NCBI GenBank assembly: GCA_043228905.1
Contig: JBHGNT010000010.1
Coordinates: 7,378,001-7,442,000, forward strand
Length of the DNA: 64,000 nt
DNA from: Azolla caroliniana
Taxonomy: Eukaryota; Plantae; Polypodiophyta
Reading direction: 5' to 3'
The notes under the pieces are model-generated. The model was not told where the DNA came from and searched no databases. It saw nothing but the letters and a program-made list of their open reading frames with translations. A program made the translations under genes and the position numbers. This document shows, piece after piece, positions 49,932 through 63,615 of this stretch; position 1 is the first letter of the stretch, and every line of letters begins with the position of its first letter.

Positions 49932-52900
49932 TGTTACAAAGGCACTACGGCTCTTTTGTGTGCACAATGGATCGTGATGTGATGGATCGTTTAGTGCTCA
50001 AGACAGAAAGGGTAAGGGGAAGGAGACTTACCTTTGGACAGTCCAAAAAGCTTCTACTTCATTACACGCAGAGCTCAACTCGCTCTTGTTTGTTTTCTGT
50101 TTTCTGTTCTCACTATTCTCTGCACTATTCTCACTCTTACTCTTACTTCTTACTTTTTACCTAAGTTATAAGTGACTTATATATGCAGCTAATTAACTGC
50201 CAGTAGCTAATTAGCTGTCTGTAGTTAAATAGTTGTCAGCAACTAAATAGCAGTTTCAGCTTTATGTCCACTAGTAGCTAATTAGCTAATAGCTACTATA
50301 GCTTATTTCTCAATAAGCATCACATACCTTTGTTGAGCTTTCTTCTCAACACTCCCCCTCAAGCTCAACTTATCCTTTCTTTGGATCATGTTCAATCTTC
50401 TTTTCTTCATGCTTTTCAGCTACCATGCCGATGGTTATAACTCCCATCATGTCTCTAAACTTTGTATGTTTTTCCATTCTCAATCCCTTTGTAAGAATAT
50501 CAACCACTTGCTGATTTGTACTTACATACAACAAATCCACTTCTCCATCAATCACCTTTTCTCTAACAAAGTGATAATGCACTTCAATGTGCTTTGTTCT
50601 TGCATGGAACACTGGGTTTTTTGCTAGCTGAATGTTGCTCATATTGTCACACAAATTGTGATAACACCATCTATATATTCTCCCAAATCAGAAAGCAATC
50701 TTCTGATCCATACCTCTTCACAGGTAGCTATAGCAGCTCCTCTATACTCGGCTTCAATACTTGACAATGCAACAATAGCTTGTTTCTTACTACTCCATGA
50801 AATAGCTGCACTTCCCAATGTAAACATATATCCACTTGTGGATCTTCTCTCAGTTTGGCTTCCAGCCCAATCAACATCTGTATATCTTTCTAGCTTTATG
50901 TCCAGATCAACCCTGTAAAATAGTCCATAATTTTGAGTAGCTTTTACATACCTCAAAATTCTTCTTATGCAATCCAAATGTGGCTTTGTTGGCTGTTGCA
51001 TAAACTGGCTGACTAATCCAACAACATAACTCAAATCAGGTCTTGTTATGGTCAAATATATGAGGCTGCCCACCATAGACCTGTACATGTTTACATCTTC
51101 TATTTTGGCTCCCAAATCAGCCCTCAATTTGCAGTTCTTATCTAGTGGTATACCAATAGGTTTGCATCCAAGCATACCATACTTCTTCAACATAGTTGTT
51201 GCATACTATTTTTGCAACATATATATGCCACTTTCAGATCTGATCATCTCAATGCCAAGAAAGTATCCCAGATCTCCCAAATCCTTCATCTGAAATTACA
51301 TTTACAAATTTTTCTTCAACTTACTTATCTCTTCCATAGAATCACTTCCAATGATTAGATCATCAACATATATCAAGATCACAACAATGCAATCATTTAT
51401 CTTCTTTACATATAATGATGGATCAGCCTTTGACATTTTGAAAGCAAATTTTTTCAGAGATTCTGAAAGTTCCATGTGCCATGCTCTCGGTGCTTGTTTT
51501 AGTCCATAGAGAGCCTTTTTCAGCTTACAAACATATTCAGGATGCTTCCTATCTTCAAAACCTAGTGGTTGACACATATACACTTCTTCTAAGTTACCAT
51601 GTAAAAAAGCATTTTTTACATCCATATGGTGCAGAACCCATCTTTTGGCTACACTCACATCAAGTAGTGTTCTCAATGTTGCCATCTTTGCAACCGGTGC
51701 AAATGTTTCATCATAATCAATTCCATGCATCTGGGCATATCCCTTTGCCAGAAGTCTTGATTTATGTCTACTAACATTTCCATTTGAATCATGCTTTGTC
51801 TTGTAGACCCATTTGCAACCTACCACATTTTTTCCTTTTGGTAACTTTACCAAATCCCATGTTCTGTTTTCAGCCAATCCATCTATTTCTTCTTGCATTG
51901 CATTCACCCATTTTTTCTCAGCTTTTGCTTTATCAAAGCTGTTTGGATCAGGGATTTGTAGCACTTTAGACATGTATGCATAATGCATAGCCATATATGT
52001 GTCATAGCCAAATCTTTCAACAGTCTTTTTCTCTCTATCTGATCTTCTTAGTTTCTGATTTGCATCCTTCATTGCTTTTTCCATACCAGGGATTTTCAGG
52101 GCTCCTATACCAAGCTCATCATCCAATGATGTATCTGAATCTACATTTTCCATGTTTCTAGACCCATCATCAAGCTTTTTATATTCTCGCATCTTTTGTT
52201 TTCCCTTTTTATCATCATATTTTTTGTGTCTTTCATGTTTTCCACTCCATGCATTAGACTCAGATTTACTACCTGAGCTTCCAGATGGTCCAATACATTC
52301 CATTGATGTGGAACTTTGTTATCCAACATTGTTTCCATCTTTGTGGTTATCTCTTACATTTTCAGATTTATCCCTGTCTTCATTTTCACAATCTTCATCA
52401 ATTTCTACATTTTGTTTTGGGCTGTACCAACTACCCAACTCATCAAATATTACATCCTGACTTACCACAATCTTTTTTGTCAAAGGGTTATAGCATCTAT
52501 ACCCTTTTTGCTCCTCTGAATATCCAACAAAAATACATTTTTCAGCTTTTGGATCAAGCTTACTTCTTACCTCAGCAGGTACATGAACATAGGCAAGGCA
52601 TCCAAACACTTTTAAGTGTCCTAAACTCTACTTTCTGCCATAGAAACATTCTTCAGGAGTTACTTCTTGTACCCCAGATGTTATACACCTATTTAGAATG
52701 TAGTTTGCTGTGTTTACAACTTCTGCCCAGTAATACAATGGCATATTTTTCTCTTTCATTAATGCCCTTGCTATGTTCACCAAAGTTCTGTTTTTTCTCT
52801 CAGCTACTCCATTTTGTTGTGGAGTATATCTACATGTGAACTGTCTCCTTATTCCTTGATTGCATAGAAAATCAGAAAACTCATTTGAGAAGTACTCTCC

Positions 52901-53105
52901 TCCTCCATAAGATCTTAAACACTTTATTTTAGTTCCAACCTGCTTTTCTACCATGCATTTAAACTTACAGAAACAATCAAATACTTCACTTTTTTCTCTC
53001 ATGAAGTAAATCCATGTTTTCCTTGAGCAATCATCAATGAAAGTTACATAAAACTTACATCCACTAATTGATGCATTTTTTGTTGGTCCCCATACATCTG
53101 TATGA
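49932..53105 (-). mobile_element. AT-rich copia H, 5'-truncated (integrase, RT, RNase H, PPT, LTR 49932-50351)
   Basis: ORFs 52628-53002, 51302-52303, 50639-51193 and 50370-50654; PPT TGAGGGGGAG; LTR contains TAGCTAATTAGC motifs. Confidence 0.9.
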
Positions 53106-53163
53106 CCTCCTCCTACCTAGTGTCGGTTGTCTTCCCTTGCTCTCCTCTCCTCTCCTCTTTCCA

Positions 53164-53166
<3 letters not shown>

Positions 53167-53232
<66 letters not shown>
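53167..53232. repeat. (CA)n microsatellite in the G-family LTR
   Basis: Long perfect dinucleotide run. Confidence 0.95.
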
Positions 53233-53235
<3 letters not shown>

Positions 53236-55509
53236 ACACACATCTCTTCTGCTGCATAAAATCATATTCGATTCTTTACATGGTACCAGAGCGATTTGGT
53301 TGCTTGATTTAGCTCATCCGCGTATGTTGTGTTCTACGCCGACATTCAATAAGAACTGGATCATCACTATCGTAGTGCCACTACATAGCTCGTGTTCAAG
53401 GAGAGAAGGAAAAGAAGAAGGAAATCTACATCGACATAATGAATACTCAAATGGGGAGTGTTCTCCCTAGCGAGAAGTTGGACAAAAATAACTTTACATC
53501 TTGGGAGTACAAGATGCACCAATACCTTGTCGGCCAAGGCTATTAGGGCTACATTTAAGGAGCACAAGAAAACAAACCCGACCCAAAGGAGGATGACTAC
53601 TCAACATGGGGGCAAGCTGCAAACCAAGTGATGTATTTCTTGGAAACATGTGTCCATGATCACATGCTTGGCTACATTCGAGATGTCAAGACGCCAAAGG
53701 AAGATTTTTGCGGGCAACACAACCGCAAGAGAGCTTCAACTCTACCAAGAGTTGAACAACATCCAACAAAGGGATTTGTCCATCACAAGCTACACCTTGA
53801 AGATCAAGGAGCTTTGTGACTCACTTGGCTCAATAAGAGTCAAGGTGGAGGATGAAGAGATGGTGCAAATATGCCTAGGAGGCCTTGCAATGAGAATTGT
53901 CATTCTAGCAAGGGAGAATCCTCCCTCTTTCTTCTATCTTTAATCAATGTTGTTGGTTGAAGAAAATCATTATCGAACAAGGAGCAACACATCGGAAGGC
54001 CACACGCTCTACACACACTCGGACGGAGAAAGAGGATGCGGTCAAGCAAAAAAAGGCCGATCCGTCCAAGGACGAGGCGGACGGGATTCAACTTATGAAA
54101 ATAACTCCCAATTTTGGCAAGAAAACAGAAATAATATAGGAACGTTCGGAAGAAGGGGGAGCTTCCATGCCGGCCCAAGCCGACAAAACTCAATCGAATG
54201 TGGATATTGTAGCAAAATTGGCCACCATGAAGAAGAATGCTGGAAGAAGAAGCGTGAATCGGCTTCCACAAGCCGACAACTCACCAATTATGCCACCAAC
54301 TCCGACTATGAAGACCATGGGGGAATGTTCGTAATGAGACATAGAGCAAACTCTATGTTGACGTTTACTTCAACTAGTGCCTCAATTTTTGAAGACGTAT
54401 GGTTCGTCGACTCCGGTGCTTCGAGTCATATGACGTCTCATGAAGAATGGTTCCAAGACTTATGAGAGCTAGATCGACCCGGTTATGTCGAGACCGGAGA
54501 CAAAACTACTCATCCGATTCGGCATATTGGCAATGTCCCATTCGGAAAAGAGGGCAACCAAACATACATTAAGAATGTCTGGCATGTACTGACCATCACG
54601 AAGAATTTGGTCTCCATTGGCCAAATTGTGGAGCAAGGCATGCAAGCTCGATTCAAACAAGGTGGTTGCTTCATCGAAAAAGAGGGTTGACTCATCGCTT
54701 GTGGACGAAGAGAAGGTCAAATGTTCATTCTCGATTCACATGAGATGAAATCGGCCATATTTGCAAAAGGCACCAAAACCGACATCGACATAGAGCTATG
54801 ACATAAGAGAATCGGCCATATCAACCTGTCATCGGGAACCCGACCTTCAAAGAGGAAGAGATTGAAGGCGTATGTGCAACCTGTCAATTTAGCAAGCAAC
54901 ACTGATACCCATTCCCGAAAGAGAGGAATGTGAGAAAAGGCATACTTGATGTAATTCATTCTGATGTATGGGGACTGGCTCAGACGGGTACATTTGGCGG
55001 ATGCCAATATTACGTGAACTTTATTGATGACTTCTCTAGGCACACCTGGAACTACCCCATGTGGCAAAAGAGGGAAGTGTTTGGACACTTCCAAAAATTT
55101 AAGAATGAAGTCGAGAAAGCCATAGGTCGGCATGTCCGATGTCTTCGGTCAGATGGAGGCAAGCAAATACTTCTCCAATATTCACGACATACCTTCGACA
55201 AGAAGGAATCCAATGAGAATTTTTGTGTCAACATACGCCACAATAGAACAGAGTGGCCGAACACAAAAATCGGCACATCCTCGAAATAGCACGGGCCATG
55301 CTAAATGAGAAGCACATGCCGAAGTCATATTGAGTTGAAGTAGCAAATACTACCGTCTACTTGATGAATTGGTGCACAACATCTGAAGTGCACGAACTTA
55401 CCCCTCACGAGAAGTACTATGGGAAGAAGTTGGATATATCCCATGTAAGGATATTTGGCTCACTTGCATATGTGCAGATTCCTGGGGAAAAGCGGCAAAA
55501 GCTAGATCC

Positions 55510-55613
55510 TGTTAAAGAAAACGTGCGGAAGGGTTAGACAGAACCGGCTCAGCCGGATAGCAATAGAGAATAAAAGGTTTAATGGAGAAGCTTAATACAC
55601 AAAGAGTATACGC

Positions 55614-55659
<46 letters not shown>

Positions 55660-58600
55660 ATAAAATCAATTCAAAATAACTCTAAAACTTTGTACATACA
55701 ATGTGCTATAACAACACTATTTATACAAAGTCCATAAAGGACTGACAGAAGTACTGACAGGTACTTCAATGCTCATACGAGCGACTGACACTAACTACGA
55801 GAAAATGATTACCTAGTAGTCTAGGCTACTACTAGGCTTCTGGTTCTCGCTCGAATCCGGCTCTCCGATCTGTTTCCCCGATCCGGTCATCCTTCCGAAT
55901 GCCGATCCGGCTCAAGCTTATTCAGCCGATCCGGATTCGGTTGAGCTTGCTCGCTCAACACTCACCCTCAAGCTCAACTTGAGGTTGGATTGTGGTGTGA
56001 GTGTCCGTGGCAACCGGTTCTTCAACATGGCTCCTTTTGGCGTTGTTCCGCCTTGCTCGCGCTCCTCGTCCGGTCCGGTCCTATTTGCTGCGACCCTTCT
56101 GTTTCTACGCACCTCGACCTCCTCGGTCGGCCTATCTGCACAACCGGCCCATTTCAACTCCCTTGTTGGTACGACTCCAGCACTTGTCGACCCGTCGGTT
56201 CCTTTGTGTTGGCGTCGACTTCCGCTGCGTCCGTGGGCGCTTGGCCTTTAGTTGATCCGGCTCCTCCGAATCCAACTATTGAAGCGAATCGGCTGTCTCG
56301 GATTCATTCACGCTCTTGTCCGACTCGGTGTTCTCCAACTCGTCTTCCGGTTTCAGACCCTTCACCACATCAGACCATGTCTGGTTCTTGGCTTTCTCCT
56401 TCCGGTCGGCTCTATCCTTCTTGACTCAGTTGTTGCTGTCACTCGTTCCGACTTGTTCGGATGTGCCGACTTCCTTCGTCGACTCGGATTTCTTTTTCCT
56501 TTTGTTTCCCCCTTTGTTGGTTCTTCCCTTTCTTGTTCCTTGTCTGGTGCCGTGAGAAGTTTGTTTGCCTTTGCCCATTCTCCCCCTCAAGTATGGCACG
56601 TCGAGATGCTGAACACCAAGCATTTTGGTGAAGTGCTACAACTTGTCCGATCCGAGCGGTTTGGTGAAGAATGGCAACTTGCCGATCTATTTGAACATAC
56701 CAAAGTTCGACTTCACCGCTTAGGACCCACTCACGCACGAAGTGATAATGCACTTCTATGTGCTTTGTGTGAGCATGGAAGACGGGGTTCTTGGCATGCT
56801 GTATGCTGCTTATGTTGTCACAGTAGATTAGGATTGGGTTCGACACCTCGATCTGGAGATCTCACATCAGTCGCCGATGCCAGATGGCTTCATAGGTGGC
56901 ATTGGTAGCGCCCTGGTATTCAGCCTCAGTGCTCCACAGAGCCACTGTTGGCTGCTTTTTGCTGTTCCACGCAACAACTGCGCTACGAAGGGAAAACATG
57001 TACACGGAGGTGAATCGACGATCTGATGCATCACCAGTCTAGTCGGCATCTGTGTATCCGACTAGCTCTTCAACTATACCATGTCGGTATAATATTCCCT
57101 GGTCCTTCTTGCCGCTAACATACCAGAGTATCCCATGTGTGCATTGAAGGTGCTCAACGGTCGGTTTCTGCATGAACTGGCTGGCTGATCACTCCGACTG
57201 GATAACTGATGTCTGGTCAGGTGATTGTCAATTATATCAGGCTTCCGACTATTTGTCGGAACTGTATCTCATCGCAGGCTTGTCCGGAGTCGGGACGTAA
57301 CTTCTGGTTCCGGTCCAGGGGTGTAGAGATCGGTCGGCATTCCGTCATGCCGAACTAGTACAACATATTCAACACATAATGGCGTTGTGAGAGCAATATG
57401 TCGTTGGGGGTTCGGATCACCTCGATCCCAAGAAAATAATGAAGGTCCCCCAAGTCCTTCATCTCAAATGCGTCCGACAGTTGGGACTTCACTCGACCGA
57501 TATCAATGAGTCCGGGTCCGGTGATGACCAAATCATCTACATAAAGCAAAATGCAAACCGGACTGTTTGGACCGTTCTGGATGAACAATGAAGAGTCAGA
57601 TTTAGAGGTCACAAACCCCATCTTACGCAACCAATGCGTGATCTTCGCATTCCAAGCTTGAGGGGCTTGTTTTAGACTGTAAAGCAACTTCTTAAGCTGG
57701 CACACCACCGACTGAAAACCGGGGGGTTGGATCATATAGACCCGTTATTCAAGGACACCTTGAAGAAACACATTCTTCACGTCCATCTGGTGAAGATGCC
57801 ACCCCCTTGCCGTAGCAACCGCCAGTACCACACGAACCGTCGTTGTCTTCGCTACTGGAGTGAAGATCTCATCATAGTCGAGTCCGTGGGTTTGTGTGTA
57901 TCCCTTCGCCAGTAACCGGGCCTTGTACCGGTTAACCGAACTGTTGGCATTGTACTTTACCTTGTACACCCATTTGCAATCGATCGGTTTACAGTGTCAG
58001 GGAGGGTCAACAAGGTCCCATGGGTCGTTGGCATCGAGAGCCTGCATTTCTTCTTCCATACCGGCACGCCAATTTGCGTCCTTTGCCGCTTCTGCGTAGC
58101 TCCCCAACTCACGCACTTCCGCCACTTTGGTCATGTACGCATAGTGATGCGCCATGTACTCATTGTACCCGTACCGCGTAACGGGGTTCTTTTGGCGAGA
58201 AGACCGGCATACCTTGTCATCACCCGGTTTGGGGCCCTTCTTGGCCGGTTCGGACCAGAGTCTCCACTACTCGCCGGTTCTGCATCCGACTGGTCACTTT
58301 GACCTAGTCGCTCGTTCGGTCCACTCAACCGAAACAATTCCGGACTCTCTTCTAGAGTCTCAAGCTCGTCATCTTCTATCTGGACCGGTTCAGGCTCATT
58401 GGCCTCATCTTCCAGAATCGGGTCTAAGTTGGAAGTTGGAGTTGGTAGAGAGTACCATGATGCCGTCTCATTGAACTCAACATCTCGGCTTACTCGAACC
58501 TGCTTAGTTTGGGGGTTATAACACTTATACCCCTTTTGCTCATGTGAGAAACCGACTAGGATGCACTTCTCCTACTTCGGATCTAGCTTCTTCCGCTTCT

Positions 58601-61350
58601 CATTTGGTACATGCACATATGCTATGCTACCGAATATCCGAAGGTACCTCAAATTCGGCTTCCGCCCGAAATACAACTCATGTGCTGACACCTTGTCTCT
58701 AATCCGGTTTTGGATGTAGACGGCCGAACAAACCGCCTCAGCCAAGTAGAATTGGGGCATGCTCTTCTCCTCTAGCATTGCCCTTGCCGCATCAACAATC
58801 GACCAGTTCTTCCTCTCGGCCACACCATTTTGTTCCGGTGTGTATCGGCAGCTGAATTCTCTCCGAATTCCGTTCTATTACAGATAACTATTGAATTGGT
58901 CAGCAAAGTATTCTTTTCCACCATCCGACTGCAGGCACTTGATCTTCCTCTCCGTTTCCCGTTCAACTAAGCTTTGAAGTTTCGATGAGGTAGATCCATG
59001 TGTGCCGGCTATAGTCGTTCATGAAGGAGACGAAATATCGGCTCTCGCCAAGACTTACGGTCTGCACCGGTTCCCATACATTCGGATGTATTAGATCAAG
59101 CTTGTTACGGCTTTAATTTCATTCGGTGGGGAATGGAACCCGGTGTTGCTTCCCGAGTTGGTAGGCTTCACAAATTTTGGCTTTCCGGCCACTAAATTTC
59201 GGCAAACCGAAAATAACTTGTTTTGATTGCAGGTCCTGAAGCCTCCAGTAGTTGATGTGGCCGATCCGCTTGTGCTACAGGTCAATGTCCGACTCGACCT
59301 TCTGCCCTTTCGCAAACATAGCGGTGCCGACGTCATTAGTGTTGAGGATGAACATCCTCCCATCTCTACGCCCTTGCGCGATTATTTGGCCTTCTTCCTC
59401 GATGAAGCACCCGAGGTGCGTTAAACACACATGCATTCCCTGGTCGACGATTTCTCCAACCAACACTAGGTTTTTTATGATAGTTGGAACGTGTAGGACG
59501 TTCATTAGCTTCCTGTTTTGTCTGACATGGCTTAGAGGGACTTCTTTGACATGCACAATCGGGTGAGTGGTATCGTCTCCGGTTTCGACAATCCCTGGTT
59601 GTTCCGGTTTCTCCAAAACAGAGAACCACTCTTCATGGCTCTTCATGTGGTTCGACGCTCTGGAATCAACGTACCATACTTCCTTCGATTTGGAAGTAGT
59701 CTTCTGCATCGAGTAAGCCTTGTGCTTCATCACAAAGGCTGGCCCTTTACTGGATTTGCTGGTTGCGGATCCTTCCGATCCTTCTGCATAGTGCGAGCTT
59801 TGTCGGTTTTCCCGGCCGGTTTTGCCGGATCCGGGTTTGTCCGAATCGGTGCGCTTCTTCAAGCACTTGCTTTCCCTGTGGCCCTTTTGCCACAGTACTA
59901 GCATTCCGTTTCGGACTTTCCTTGCCGGTTCCAGGTGCCGCTTTGACTCCCCCTACTTGTGGAGTGTCTGGGACTGCTGTCGGCACTACCTCTATGCCTT
60001 CGGTCCTGCTCTTGCTGGCCGCCTCCATTGCATGCCGACCCACCTTGTCCACCACGTCCATGGGGCCGATCTATCTCCGTGTACAACATCCGGCCGTCTG
60101 ATTGAGTGGTCCTAGACCCACTCGTGTGGTTTTCTTCGACCATCAACATTGATTGCAAGTCGAAGAAAGACGGTGGTTTCTCTCGTGTGAAAATCGCTCT
60201 CCAGATTTGCCCGTACCTTTGCGCTAGACCACCAAGGCAGATTTGTACCATCTTGTCTTTGTCCACTGTCATGTTGATGGACACAAGTGCGCCACAAATC
60301 TCCTTTATCTTGGTGGTGTAATCCGTAACCGACATGTCTCTTTGCCGGATGTTGTTCAGATCCTATCGGAGCTGCAACTTACGGGTTGTGGTACTTGTGG
60401 CGAAAATCTTCCTCAGATTTCCCTAGGCCTCCTTCGGCGTTTTTGCATCCTTTATGTAGCCGAGCATCTAGTCGTGCACACAGGACGCAAGGTAGTACAA
60501 TACTCGGCTCGCTCCTTGCTCCCATATCAGGATGTCCTCGTGTGCCGGCTCTGGTGCTATCTCGTTCGTTCCTTCCACGAAGCTCCAATATCCATGCCCT
60601 AGCAGGTATTGGTGCATCTTGTATGACTAGGACGTGTAGTTCCTCTGGTCAAGCTTCTCTTTTGGAAGTGAACTGACCATTCATCTGTCCATATCTTCTC
60701 TTTGTTTGTTGTTACCGAGTTTTAGGGTTTGTCTACGAAAGCAAGTGTCGGTTGCGGAGGTTCTCAACCGTCTCGCTCTGATACCATGTTAAAGAAAATG
60801 TGCGGAAGCGTTAGAAAGAATCAGCTCAGCCGGATAACAACAAAGAATAAGTGGTTTAATGGAGAATGTTAATACACAGAGAGTATACATGGGAGAGACA
60901 CACACGGAGACAAAAAGAGAGAGCAGAACATAAACTCAATTCAAAATAACTCTAAAACTTTGTACAGACAATGTGCTATAACAACACTATTTATACAAAG
61001 TCCATAAAGGACTGACAGGTACTTCAATGCTCATACGAACGACTGACACTAACTACGAGACAATGATTACCTAGTAGTCTAGGCTACTACTAGGGTTCCG
61101 GTTCCCGCTAGTGAAATATAACTAATGATATACAGTTGTACATCCAAAACAACCCTAAAAAGATGTGATCCCAAGCGGATACCTGGCAAGTACCCCCTTA
61201 TACCGAATCTGGCTCTCTGATCCGTCTCCTCGATCCGGCCAGTTGTTTCCGAATACCATCCGGATACCGATCCGGCTCATCCTTCCGGATGCCAATCTGG
61301 CTCAAGCTTATACAACCGATCCAGATCCAGTTGAGCTTGCTCACTCAACA
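55510..61350 (-). mobile_element. structurally complete copia J (family B), TSD GATCC
   Basis: 5' LTR 60787-61350, PBS (minus) 60775-60786, gag-pol with stops, PPT, 3' LTR 55510-55960; GATCC at 55505-55509 and 61351-61355. Confidence 0.94.
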
Positions 61351-62351
61351 GATCCCAAATTGGGGAAGTGTATCCTCGTAGGGTACTCACTAGAGAAAAA
61401 TAGGTACAAGCGCTTGACCCCTCTACTCGAAAGGTTCGTGTAGGTTGGGATGTCATCTTTGACCAATCGGCATCATGGTACAAACCTGAGCTGACTTCTC
61501 TTGAACAATTTCTAATCGACCCGAACTTGGCCAACCAAGAGATAGAAGACGAAGATCAACTAAGGCATATGTTCAAAGAATGTCCGATCATGACCAGTCT
61601 CAGTGGGCCACAAGAGCCCCCAAGTGACCAAAGCACATCTCGGCCAAGTCCAAAGATGGACAAAGGCAAGCCAAAATGCCAGAATATGAAGACGATCAAT
61701 TCGATGGCAACAAATCAATTCACTCACTCGATAGTGAGTTCAGTGGTTTTGATTTACTCATCATGAGCACAAACACATGGAGTCGACTATGAAGAGACCT
61801 TTGCCCCGGTGGCAAAGATAATGACTATGTGGAATGTGATTGCATTTGCAGTGGCGAATGGGTGGCACCTCCACCAAATGGACATCAAGAATGCCTTTCT
61901 TCAAGGAAAATTAGAAGAGGAGGTGTAAATGGTACAACCACCCGATTTCAAATAGAGGATTCATTCGAAAGCAGTTTGTGGCAACTAAAGAAGCCACTCT
62001 ACGACATTAAACAAGCACCCGACGCTTGACATTTGAAGATAACACAATGTCTTCATCGAATCGGCTTTACAATGTCAAAATCCGACAACTCCTTGTACGT
62101 ACGAAATGACTCTGGAACCCTGATTGTCATCATCCTATACGTGGATGATTTGGAGGTGAAAGTCTACTCGACATCAACAAGGAGGTCAAGTCCCTCCTCT
62201 CTGAAAAATTCGAGATGACTGACATGAAGGAGCTGCATTACTTCTTTGGCATCGAGGTAATTTGAACTCCAGCTGGCATTATGATCTCCGAACGACACAA
62301 CATCCTCTACTTGTTATACAAGTTCGGGATGACTGAGTGTAAATATGTGGT

Positions 62352-62700
62352 TGTCATGATATGGCAAGACTCGAACCCATGACCTTATGTTATATGGGTC
62401 GAGCTCTTGACCATTATACCATTTATTGTAATACGTAGAATATCACCCAATCACTGTCAACCATGATTCTAGAGTCGTCAAAAAGGTTTAATACGTGGCG
62501 AAACCAAAAACAGATTAATGAAGTATTTGTGATGTTGATTTCTATGCGTAGTGTCTTCCCCCACGCTCACCCGCGAAATCATACGTAGTTTTTAATTTTG
62601 TAGGCTCAGTCTTCCACTTCTTACTAAAACCTATTAGTACATATGGTTGTAGCATTCGAGGTTGCGCGAATCGTGGATACACGACCGAAGGACTTGTTCC
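62352..62700 (+). mobile_element. probable start of another TGTC-clade LTR (V); right end undefined
   Basis: The copia RT frame breaks at TGTCATG, followed by an antisense tRNA-like module as in W, Y and Z. Confidence 0.45.
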
Positions 62701-62709
62701 CGAATCGAA

Positions 62710-62883
62710 GACATAATCATAGCCGAACCTGAAGCATATATAGCATTTGCTAGTAAAAGAGTGATCGAACAGATGTCACGCCAAAAAATACCTGACGGTT
62801 TTCAATCGGCTGAATCTTTATTTGATAATGGACTACTTGATTTGATTGTACCACGTAACCTCCCGAAGGGTGTTTTAAGCGAG
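62710..62883 (+). pseudogene. accD: plastid acetyl-CoA carboxylase beta subunit, C-terminal fragment
   Basis: [21 protein letters not shown]...[17 protein letters not shown]. Confidence 0.92.
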
Positions 62884-62927
62884 ACAGATTTCATTCAATT
62901 CTTCTATCCCAATGGTATCTCAGAATA

Positions 62928-63030
62928 TTATTTTGGCTTCTTCACTCCATATTTTAGGGTGGATCTGTCGGTTAGTCGGAGACCTCCCTCCGAACTGCAC
63001 GTACGACTCTCATCGAATACAGCTTTCCAT
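62928..63030 (-). pseudogene. rps12: plastid rps12 exon 3 (62928-62953) with the 3' end of group II intron 2
   Basis: AA TAT GGA GTG AAG AAG CCA AAA TAA (YGVKKPK*), preceded by ATCCACCCTA and a domain V hairpin GAAAGCTGTATTCGATGAGAGTCGTACGTGCAGTTC. Confidence 0.88.
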
Positions 63031-63257
63031 ATGATTGAATAGAAACTACTAAAGTGACTTTCTTTTTCAATCACTTCAACCTTAGTGATCATATTTACTC
63101 ATTCTGCATTGAGTATCCGTTTCTTCCTCATCATTCTAAAGATAATAGAAAAAAAAAAAGTTTAGGGATGGAAGAAATAAAATCTTGCATTTCAGTTATC
63201 TTACTCAAAATGTCCGTGGGTTTATTGATCCAATTACCGAACGTTCACAAAACAAAA

Positions 63258-63329
63258 ATTCCATCGAAGGATTCGAACCTATACTTAAGGTTTGGAAGAC
63301 CTTTGTCCTATCCATTAGACGATGGACGC
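63258..63329 (-). tRNA. trnR: plastid-derived trnR-UCU copy; 3' acceptor strand disrupted, anticodon reads TCC
   Basis: GCGTCCATCGTCTAATGGATAGGACAAAGGTCTTCCAAACCTTAAGTATAGGTTCGAATCCT; lies downstream of trnG-UCC as in plastomes. Confidence 0.82.
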
Positions 63330-63488
63330 ACTTTTCTATCTAGTCGATAGCCAACTATCAAGAAGCTAGAGCAAGAGTACCAAATCGCGAACACACAAGA
63401 GTTTTTATTCGTTCGCGACACGGTTTAGAAACAATAAAGAAAAGCAAGATCATTTTGGATAACCCTTTCACCCTTGCGTTCTATTTTT

Positions 63489-63615
63489 TGCGAGTAGCGG
63501 GAATCGAACCCTCATCATTAGCTTGGAAGGCTAAGGGTTATAGTCAATGCCAATTTCTTTTTATGACACCTCTAATTCAGAACCGAACGTGAAAATCTCT
63601 ATTCATTCGGCTCCT
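63489..63615 (-). tRNA. trnG: plastid trnG-UCC exon 2 (about 63489-63536) with intron domains V-VI
   Basis: CCTTAGCCTTCCAAGCTAATGATGAGGGTTCGATTCCCGCTACTCGC, preceded by GACTATAAC and GGAGCCGAATGAA...TTCACGTTCGGTTC. Confidence 0.88.

Larger units (their letters stand above)
53106..62351 (+). mobile_element. copia G2 (same family as G1), heavily deleted, hosting J
   Basis: LTR remnant with (CA)n ending at 53280, PBS TGGTACCAGAGC at 53281, gag-PR-INT to 55509, resuming at 61351 through RT. Confidence 0.87.

Noticed and set aside
53085-53105. Apparent targeting of G elements to the integrase DVWGP motif (also at 39150-39163)
   Set aside because: The breakpoints differ by about 6 nt, and the one here is a deletion junction rather than an LTR terminus; likely coincidence.
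62662-63042. 126-aa ORF as a functional nuclear accD
   Set aside because: Only about 58 codons are accD; the flanks are unrelated or antisense rps12 sequence, and no transit peptide is evident.
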